DNA from: Rebecca billardiae RCC1528
Taxonomy: Eukaryota; Protista; Haptophyta
Assembly: GCA_965240325.2 (NCBI GenBank)
Contig: OZ251224.1
Location: 3,348,001 to 3,412,000 of the forward strand
DNA length: 64,000 bases
Reading direction: 5' to 3'
Shown here: positions 56,403-64,000 of the stretch, piece after piece
Position numbering within the stretch: the first letter of the stretch is position 1
How the letters are laid out: each line of letters starts with the position of its first letter
The notes under the pieces: model-generated
Told to the model about the DNA's origin: nothing
Databases searched by the model: none
Seen by the model: the letters and a program-made list of their open reading frames with translations, nothing else
Translations under genes and position numbers: made by a program

Positions 56403-57497
56403 TCCAATGAGCGTAGGGGTGTGGATCACCCACGCGCGCGAAGGCACGGCCTTCTACGAGGGCATTCGCGGGCTTGGGTCACGCGGCTCGCCTGATGGCA
56501 GATGGTCGGGGCTGTCATGGGGCAGCGCTCTGAGCCGGGCTGAGAGCCCAGTGACAGTCCAAGTGCTAACTAGTATACTGTAATACATCCCGGCGCCGCC
56601 GCCGGTCGCCACGCGAGTCAACAAGCTAGATAGGCGCAAACACAACCGCGCGTCGAAGCTCACAGGACGAAATTATCTTCGTCTCACGCCGACCGCCGGC
56701 ACCGCGGACCGCCGCGGCGGCGCGGTCTGCGGCGCTGCTGGCGCTGCAAGGCCAGTCAATAAGCAATAATAAACTAATAGTTATGCACGCAGCGAGTATA
56801 GATAGATGTATGCGCCGGACATAAGTAGTCGTGTTCATTACAGCACGCAGTATCAAGTACTATATGATACATCATCTCAATCTGCGGAACTGTGTCGAAC
56901 CGCGCTGATTCAAGCCTAATATTATAGCTGCTATAATAGTCCACTACGTGTACACAGACCGCAGTAAATAAATCACTGGATCAGCCACATGTGATGACGG
57001 CACTTACCCGGAGGCCGCGGAGCAGCAGGTGTCATGTACATAGCAGTACTAAGCCGCTACCGAACCGTACTGAGTCTGATAACCCGGTACCGAGTCTCAG
57101 TCTGCGTTGTCATTGTCAAGTGTTCACTCAGTGTCAGAATTAATACCGCGCGGTTCGGCGGTTCTGGCGCGCGGCAGTCTACTCAGACAGTCTAGGATTC
57201 ATGTTAAACTAAGGCCGGGACGAATTCAGACGATCACTAATATTTATACGGATCAGTAGCGCATCCTCGATTCATCGATCCGATCATCATCGTATCATAC
57301 CGTGCCGGCCGGTGCTTGTCGAGGCCCGGACCGGCTAGCGCAGCTGACCGGCTTGGGCCCGGCGCCGCCGGCCGGCTTCGATTATTACTAATAATACTAA
57401 CTAATAAATGAATGGCGGGCCGTTATTAATATTTAATTATATATAAGTGATCGAGTGTGACCGTGAGCGTTTCAGTGACGCTCGGGGCCGGGCCGCG

Positions 57498-58817
57498 TCA
57501 TCCGTTTGCTTGGTCGGAACCGGCGCCGGCATCATCGTCACCGTCATCCTGAGAGGGAGATGGCTGCGACAATTCCGCCGCTGGCGGGTCATCATCGTCG
57601 TGCCTTGGGCCGGAAGACGAGTCGTCAACATGAACATGGTTGGCCGTGCCATTCGATGAGGATCGGGGGTGGCCATTCCTCCCGCCTCGCCTGCGCCATG
57701 GGGGGTACCATTGCGGCAGGTGCCGCCGCCGTTGAAGGCGCGAGGTGCCCTGCGCATCGGGCGCACTGTTGTCACGAGTTCCAGCGGCTGTGTCCCCAGC
57801 GGCCCCTGCTCCTGCTGTGTGGCTGGGATCCGGGGGCGCCACGGCTGCGCCCTGTGAATTGATACGTGCCCCGCGGCCAGCAGTTGCCGCACTCGCTCTC
57901 GGTCGCGCAGCGCCGTCCGGCGCGCTGCTCGTATCTCCACCCTCGGCACCACTGTCGGTGCCTTCCAGGCACTCGGGGTCGCCTGTGGGCTCCGCGTCAC
58001 CCTGCTCCTCCGCCGCAGCGAGCTCAGCGTCATCAGCGGCCGCACCTTCATCGGGAACGTCGAGCAGCGGCGCGGACAGCTGCGATTGCCTGGGCTGTGG
58101 CTCCGCTGGCGGTCTGACGGGCGTGGCCGTGTGGCCAGCGGCCACCGCCGCCGCGAATCGTCCTGCTTGAGCAGTCTGGTGCGCAATGTCGGTGAGCACG
58201 CTCGTGAGACCTCGCGAGAGCAGCTCGAGCGTGCGCGCGGTGGACGCGGCCACGAGCAGCGCGCCGCACGTGAGTGAGCAGACGAGCGTGAGAGGGATGT
58301 ACTTTAGCCGGCGGCCGGGATGCTTAGCGGGACGGAAGAAGGTCGACCCAGACTCCGACGCAGCTCGCGCCGCGATGCGAGTGGCCTCGCCCGCCTCCAC
58401 AGGCAGCCAGTTTGTGCACCGGCTGGCGACTGAGGAGCTTGCGCGTCTCAGAGTCACGCTCGACAGCGCGTAGGCCGAGCCAATCGTCGCGCGTGCGCGC
58501 CCTCGAGCAGCTCCCACGGCGGCAACTGCACGTACTTGGGCCGCCCGAGCTGCAGCGGCAGCGTGCCCACGGGCAGCCACAGCCACGTCCCTCAATTGTG
58601 ACTGCATCTTTCCGCTGGACTGTGCAGATCCCGACTGTTGCTTGTCGGGACGCGTGCGGGTCGGTTGCGACGATGTGAACGGCCGACGGTACCACTTTTG
58701 CTCTGCCGTCGCCTGCTGAGCGCTCATCTGCCTGGCACCCCCAGCTGCACCAACGCAGCAGGCCACATAGCAGACGAGCACCAACCTCGGTCGTCGAGAC
58801 ATCGCGCTCGCCGTCAT
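57498..58817 (-). CDS. Hypothetical protein with a hydrophobic N-terminus, a central TM and an acidic disordered tail
   Basis: 439-aa ATG-started ORF; no recognised domain. Confidence 0.45.
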   Translation of the reverse strand: MTASAMSRRPRLVLVCYVACCVGAAGGARQMSAQQATAEQKWYRRPFTSSQPTRTRPDKQQSGSAQSSGKMQSQLRDVAVAARGHAAAAARAAQVRAVAAVGAARGRARATIGSAYALSSVTLRRASSSVASRCTNWLPVEAGEATRIAARAASESGSTFFRPAKHPGRRLKYIPLTLVCSLTCGALLVAASTARTLELLSRGLTSVLTDIAHQTAQAGRFAAAVAAGHTATPVRPPAEPQPRQSQLSAPLLDVPDEGAAADDAELAAAEEQGDAEPTGDPECLEGTDSGAEGGDTSSAPDGAARPRASAATAGRGARINSQGAAVAPPDPSHTAGAGAAGDTAAGTRDNSAPDAQGTSRLQRRRHLPQWYPPWRRRGGRNGHPRSSSNGTANHVHVDDSSSGPRHDDDDPPAAELSQPSPSQDDGDDDAGAGSDQANG

Positions 58818-58941
58818 CGCCGAGGTGACTGAATCTCGAGCCGCCCGAAAACGACTGGAAGCCCAGCTGGCGCGGAGCTGGCGGTTACAAAACCATACTG
58901 TTGCGATGAAGGATGGCGCGGCAACCTGCCACCGTGAGCCT

Positions 58942-58995
58942 TACAGTTTACTAAGAATAAGAGACGCACACAGCTCAGGCAGGCGAGATACAGTA
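58942..58995 (+). repeat. Dispersed short motif, long form bracketed by TACAGT
   Basis: TACAGTTTACTAAGAATAAGAGACGCACACAGCTCAGGCAGGCGAGATACAGTA. Confidence 0.9.
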
Positions 58996-60285
58996 CGCAC
59001 GTTAAAACAAATAAACTGTAGCTACGACGAGTCGACGACGGGAAAAAAATATGGGTTGGCGCTGCGCGTCAACTTGGGCTGGAAACCTGTTTCTGAAACG
59101 CACGATGGCTCGCAGCCAGTAGCCCGAGCTCGGAATTCCGACGCTGCCAACGGCGCCACAGGGGCGCAGCGGCGGGGCTGACGACGCGCGCGCGTGTGCA
59201 CGTCTGACCACGGAGTGCGCGCTGCAATGACCGGCCCGTCTGCAGCACCACGCCCCGCGCTGTGAGTGAGAGTGTGGCCCGCGCCCAAGCGAGAACGCGG
59301 GCCGGGCGGCACTCCGCCGACCTCGCCGGCCGCCGACCAGCCCGCGGCCGCCTGCTGCAGCTCGTGGACCACGCAGTCGCGCGCTCGCGCGTGGAGGGCG
59401 GACCTGCGCGTATGCGCCCGCCGGGCTTGCCGCTTCATCCGCTGGCACCGCAGGCGAGCCGCTCGTCGCGCGCAGTGCAGGTCGAGCCCTCCGCCGCCAC
59501 CGAGCCGGCGCCACGCCTCGCGCTCGTGCTCGAGCTGAGGCGGCGCGTGTCGCCCGAGCCGGCGGGTTCGCGCGCGTGCGCGTGGTGGGCAGCCTCGCGC
59601 GTGCGCCCGCCGCGCGCCCCGCGTCGCTCGCTTGGCGGCGCACGCGAGCCGCTCGTCGCGCGACCGAACGAGACGTCAATCTCGCCTGTCGTCCTTCACG
59701 GGACGTCGTCGATGCGAGGCCGCGCGGTTGCTCCGATGCTCGTAGTCCAATGCAAGTCAGCAAGATGATACCCGCGTGCCAATATCAGCGCGCCCCTTTG
59801 CTCGTGAAATGTCTAGCGAGAAAGTGACGTTTCGTGTGAATGTGGAGTGTGAACTCGCGACACGACGAATGGGCCGATGCGATTCGCGCGAATGTGAGTA
59901 CGCAAAGCGCCGAACGACGAGCGGCTTTTGTCCTATCGAGCGCGTAAGTGGGTACGCGAATTCCGCTTATGTGACCCGGTGGTGAGCCGGGCGTCAAAAA
60001 AAGGCCTGCGACGGGCTGGTCCCCAGCCGCCAGCGTGAAGTCGTGCCTTTGTTCTCGTGGGTTTCCAGAACAGTCGTCGCGTTATAGGAATATAGTGGTC
60101 TTAGTGCATCGTTAGTGAGTACTATGAGTCAAGCGGGGGAGGCGCGCCGTGCACAGCCTGTCCGCAGCCACCTGCCGGCGACTGAATCCGGATACCGGCG
60201 GCCGGACGACGCCGGCCCGCGCCGACTGCCGTGACGCGCGACACGACGCCACGGACAGCGGCCCGAGTGCTCGGCCGTTGGCAGA

Positions 60286-61590
60286 TCAGCTCCAGTTCTC
60301 GAGGTAGATGTCGTTGTCGCAGCCCATCTTGGCCTTCTCGGCGAAGGGCCACATGTGCAACCAGTAGATGAGCCCCACCTTGGTGCCCTTGGTCGGCGCG
60401 ACCGCCTCGTGCATGTTGCGCTCCTCGACAGCGTACGGATCGGCATCCTGCGTGTTGGCCCAGAGCAGCAAGCGGCCCTTCTTCGGGCTGATGGTCAGGT
60501 CGAGCTGCGGGAAGCGCGTCTCGCCGCCCTCCTCCGGCTCCGACAGGTAGATGTACGCCGTGAAGACGCGCGGGCCCCACGGCGACGCGCGAGGCGAGTT
60601 CTGGTCGTGGTGCGGCCGGTAGAGCTGTCCCCGCTCGTACCGGAGGATCTGCATCGGCTCGCCGTGGCTGGCGGGCACGCCGGTGAGCGAGGCGAGGCGC
60701 TCCTGCACGGCGAGCACGGTCTTATCGCGCCGGCACTCCTTGCGGCACCAGATGGACGACGACGTGCGCACGGGCAGCTCGCCTTCGCCCGCCTTTGAGC
60801 GCTCCCACTCGGGGTTGGCTTTCCAGGCGGCTGCGAGCAGCGCCTCCGCCTCGGCGTCGCTCACAAAGTCGTCAAAGGCGAGCACGAACGGGTCGGAGGA
60901 GAGCGCGCGGCCCCTGAAGCCGCGCGCGCGGAGCGCCCGTCCGAACAGCTTGCCGATGTCCCCGGGCTTCGGCGTGACCGGCTTCGCGCTCGGGTCGCGC
61001 GCGCACTTGGCGTCCGACTTGGCCGAGCATGCGCGGCAGGAGAAGGGGCACTCGCGCACGACCCACGGGTCGGCGAAGCAGCCGTCGTCGCGGGCGCGCA
61101 CGGCGCACTCCGCGCCTTTGTCGTGGCACGTGTCCGAGCTGCACACGCTGCACGACACGCGGCACTGCGCGCGCATGAACTCGGAGTTGCGCTCGCACTC
61201 GCCGCACTGCGCCCAACGGCTGCACATCGGGCTGAGGTCGCGGCAGCCCGTCGCCCACTCGACGACGCGCGGCGCGCCCGCGGGCAGGGTGCACTCGCCG
61301 CAGGAGACGCGGCAGAGACGGCGCATGTACGATGGGTTCTGGTCGCACTCGCCCTCCTTGGCCCAGCGCACGCACTCGACCTTCTCGTCCGCACACTCGG
61401 TGTCGTCGTAGTTTTCCGGCTGCGGCGCCGGCGCCTGCAGGTCGATGACCGGGTTGACCGGGTGGACCGGCGGCCGAAGGGGCGTGAACGTTACGCGCAT
61501 GGTGGCGCTATCGTCTTGTTGCTGCCCGATCACTGTCGCTAGCGGCAGCGCGAGGAGCAGGAGCAGGAGGTGTGTTAGGAGGAGCCTCAT
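60286..61590 (-). CDS. Secretory-pathway prolyl 4-hydroxylase with three N-terminal ShK domains
   Basis: Signal peptide MRLLLTHLLLL and three C.D....C..WA..GEC..N...M...C..SC..C-type modules. Catalytic motifs RTSSSIW, EPMQILRY..GQ.Y.PHHD, GGETRFP and MHEA....GTK. Confidence 0.92.
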   Translation of the reverse strand: MRLLLTHLLLLLLALPLATVIGQQQDDSATMRVTFTPLRPPVHPVNPVIDLQAPAPQPENYDDTECADEKVECVRWAKEGECDQNPSYMRRLCRVSCGECTLPAGAPRVVEWATGCRDLSPMCSRWAQCGECERNSEFMRAQCRVSCSVCSSDTCHDKGAECAVRARDDGCFADPWVVRECPFSCRACSAKSDAKCARDPSAKPVTPKPGDIGKLFGRALRARGFRGRALSSDPFVLAFDDFVSDAEAEALLAAAWKANPEWERSKAGEGELPVRTSSSIWCRKECRRDKTVLAVQERLASLTGVPASHGEPMQILRYERGQLYRPHHDQNSPRASPWGPRVFTAYIYLSEPEEGGETRFPQLDLTISPKKGRLLLWANTQDADPYAVEERNMHEAVAPTKGTKVGLIYWLHMWPFAEKAKMGCDNDIYLENWS

Positions 61591-61869
61591 GGCCGGTCGC
61601 TTTTCGCGGGGTTGCGCGTGGGTACGGCCCGATTCGCTGCAAATAGGGCCAGTCCGTGAACTTTCCCGGGTCCAATGTGCCCTGTCGGCCAATCCGAGTT
61701 TGCGCTACACTACTACGACGCATCGACATATGATTGATTGATTGTATTCATGTTTCGATCGATTTTCCGCATTTCTTTTGCTTTTCGCCTTTTCCTGCGT
61801 ATGGGGGTAAATGTTTTCCACGGTCATCGGATTCAAAAATCAGTCCGGCCGCGACGGTTGTGAAGCAGG

Positions 61870-64000
61870 ATGGGGAAGGGGGCGAAAACGCCCCGGGGGA
61901 AGGGGAAGGGCGGTGGTGGGAAGGCGGGGAAGAAGAAGGGGAAGAAGAAGGGGAAGAAGAGCGGCAAGAAGGCCAGCAAGGCGCGCGCCGCTGCTCTCGC
62001 CGCGGCGGTCGCGGCGTCGGAGCTGACGGGCCTCGAGATCCTCGGCGCCGACGGCGAGATTGAGCGTCTCGCGCCGCGCTTCCAGCCGGGCTGGTTCTAC
62101 TACTACAACACGATCCCGTTCGAGATGGACCTGGACACGGTGATCGTACGTGCTACGGCGCGCGACGCGCAGAGCGTCGTCCACGCGGAGGTGTGGCAGC
62201 TCCCCGCGGACGCTTCGGCGGTGGTCGCCAAGGGCGCCAAGTCGGGGGTCGCACGCATGGGCGGCAAGCAGCCGAAGCGCTCCGTGTCGCCGCGCAAGCA
62301 GGCACGCCCGGGATCGCCGCGCAAGCAGGGGCGCGCCGCCTCGCCGCGCAAGCAGGCCGCGCCCGGCTCGCCGCGCAAGCAGCGGGGCCGCTCGCCTTCG
62401 CCGCGCAAGCAGGGGCGCGCCGCCTCGCCGCGCAAGCAGGCCGCGCCCGGCTCGCCGCGCAAGCAGCGGGGCCGCTCGCCTTCGCCGCGCAAGCAGGGGC
62501 GCCCCGGCTCGCCGCGCAAGCAGGCCGCGCCCGGCTCGCCGCGCAAGCAGCGAGGCCGATCGCCTTCGCCGCGCAAGCCGGGGCGCCCCGGCTCGCCGCG
62601 CAAGCAGGCCGCGCCCGGCTCGCCGCGCAAGCAGCGAGGCCGATCGCCTTCGCCGCGCAAGCCGGGCCGCCCCGGCTCGCCGCGCAAGGGCGGCAAGTCG
62701 TCCAAGGGCGGCGGCAAGAAGGGCCGCCGCTCGCGCCGAGCGCAGCGGCAGCCCGACGTCGTGCCCGAGCACCTGCTGCCCTTCGTCGGGCGGCTGCACC
62801 TGCCGCCCGGCGTGGCAGACGCCGACGCGGCGGGGTCGCCCGCGGCCGCCCCGACGCTCGAGCCGCCTGTGCCGGCGCCCGCCGCCGCCGAGCCCGAGCG
62901 CGCGCCCGCGGCCGCGGCGTGGGCGCCGGCCGACGCGCCGGGCGCGGACGCAGGCGAGGGCGCGGGCGCGGGCGCGCCGCGCGAGCTCTCGATCCGCAGC
63001 TCGCTCGCGCTGCCGTCGCTGGGGCTTGGCGCGGAGGCGCTCCCGCCCGCGGCGCTGAGCGCGGTGCGCGCGGACGCGTCGCGGCTGTACGACACGTTTC
63101 GTCCGCTCGGCGCCGACCCGAGCGCGCGCATCGACTATGACGAATTCTCGCGCCTGCTGAGCGGTCTGCGGCTCGGGCTGACGCGGCCGGACGTGGACAC
63201 GCTCTTCGACCTCGCGGACGCGCAGCAGCGCGGCGAGCTGTCGTACGCGGAGCTGCGCGCGCTGCTCGAGCGGCTCAAGCCGAACTGCATTGAGAGGCAG
63301 CTCGCTGTCGGCGCGCCGCCCGAGGCGCGGCGTGCAGCGGCGACGCGCTCACGCTCCGCTTCGCCGCCGCCCGCGCCGCGCCAGGCGTGGGGCGAGGAGG
63401 GCGCGCGGCCGAAGCCGATCACGCTGGATGACGAGGCGATCGCCGGCGCCGTGCACTACCCGCCCGCGGCGGACGCGGCGGACGCGGCGGACGAGGAGCG
63501 GCCGCACCAATCCGTCCTCGTGCGCGTGAGCGTGCGTTCGGCCGACGGCAGCGCCGCGTGCCACTACCTCGTCGAGCTGCTCTGCGAGCAGCCGGCGCCG
63601 ACGCCGAGCGCGCCGCCGGAGGTGGAGCCTCTGCTCGACTCGCTCTTCGACGCGTATGCGCGCGCGCCCCCCGGCGCGCCGCCGGGCGCGCCGCCGGCGG
63701 TGGGGCTGGAGGCCTTCGTCTCGTGCGCGCGCTCCGCGCGGCTCGCGCCCGACGGCGCGGCCGCGCGCGCGGCGTTCCTCGGCGCGACGCGGCACAAGGA
63801 GGGGGCGGCGCTCACGCGCGCCCGCTTCTGGACGTGCCTGTACGACACGGCGGCGCGCGCGACCGCGGGCGTCGGCGGCGGGCCCGGCGCGGCGGCGGCG
63901 GCGCTCGACGCGGAGAGCGTGCTCCGCACGGTGCGGCTGCTGATGGGCCCGCTGCGTTGGAACCTCGACGCGTGCCGCACCGTCGCGCTCAACCGCGGGA
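61870..64000 (+). CDS. Lys/Gly-rich, SPRK-repeat, EF-hand protein with a split cadherin-like beta-sandwich; 3' end lies beyond the window and the ORF is absent from the track
   Basis: Manual translation from ATG 61870 gives MGKGAKTPRGKGKGGGGKAGKKK, ELTGLEI..RLAPRFQPGWFYY..DTVIVRATARD, 15 SPRK motifs, RIDYDEF..LFDLADAQQRGELSYAEL and VRVSVRSADGSAACHYLVEL. No stop was seen. Confidence 0.75.
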   Translation, partial: MGKGAKTPRGKGKGGGGKAGKKKGKKKGKKSGKKASKARAAALAAAVAASELTGLEILGADGEIERLAPRFQPGWFYYYNTIPFEMDLDTVIVRATARDAQSVVHAEVWQLPADASAVVAKGAKSGVARMGGKQPKRSVSPRKQARPGSPRKQGRAASPRKQAAPGSPRKQRGRSPSPRKQGRAASPRKQAAPGSPRKQRGRSPSPRKQGRPGSPRKQAAPGSPRKQRGRSPSPRKPGRPGSPRKQAAPGSPRKQRGRSPSPRKPGRPGSPRKGGKSSKGGGKKGRRSRRAQRQPDVVPEHLLPFVGRLHLPPGVADADAAGSPAAAPTLEPPVPAPAAAEPERAPAAAAWAPADAPGADAGEGAGAGAPRELSIRSSLALPSLGLGAEALPPAALSAVRADASRLYDTFRPLGADPSARIDYDEFSRLLSGLRLGLTRPDVDTLFDLADAQQRGELSYAELRALLERLKPNCIERQLAVGAPPEARRAAATRSRSASPPPAPRQAWGEEGARPKPITLDDEAIAGAVHYPPAADAADAADEERPHQSVLVRVSVRSADGSAACHYLVELLCEQPAPTPSAPPEVEPLLDSLFDAYARAPPGAPPGAPPAVGLEAFVSCARSARLAPDGAAARAAFLGATRHKEGAALTRARFWTCLYDTAARATAGVGGGPGAAAAALDAESVLRTVRLLMGPLRWNLDACRTVALNRG
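62287..62688 (+). repeat. Coding minisatellite: 15 TCGCCGCGCAAG (SPRK) units with an 84-bp higher-order period
   Basis: Units of 27, 27 and 30 bp recur in a fixed order. Confidence 0.9.

Overview
Eukaryotic nuclear DNA with very GC-rich genes. The short GC-rich GT-AG introns (95-184 nt, mostly GTGCGC donors) and signal-peptide-led plastid proteins point to an alga with a complex plastid, most plausibly a haptophyte such as a Pavlovales species; this is inferred from sequence style and not confirmed. About 22 protein genes can be supported. They include a Ulp2/SENP-like SUMO protease, fibrillin, a TMEM160-like protein, a bacterial-type lysyl-endopeptidase fused to a WSC domain and TM helix, three tandem BTB-BACK-Kelch genes, a zinc-finger/two-HMG-box gene and a POR-like SDR. 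Also present are two sulfotransferases, a multidomain HYE-type ADP-ribosyltransferase, a CaMK, an m-AAA FtsH, a 2OG-Fe(II) oxygenase, an ShK/prolyl-4-hydroxylase, and an SPRK-repeat/EF-hand protein that runs off the window end. Sixteen genes sit in eight tight head-to-head pairs. The spacers carry microsatellites, a TA-flanked TIR MITE with a longer truncated relative, foldback and hairpin-rich elements, decayed ORFs and a dispersed ~40-55 bp motif. The most notable structural signals are three. First, a 3290-bp triplication whose middle copy is a recombinant mosaic, with a GTAC-rich foldback element at each junction. Second, recurrent TA-CAG/CTG-TA heptamers and 5-bp-duplication+2-nt insertions that look like transposon excision scars. 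Third, several chimeric protein architectures. Family assignments come from recalled motifs, not database searches.
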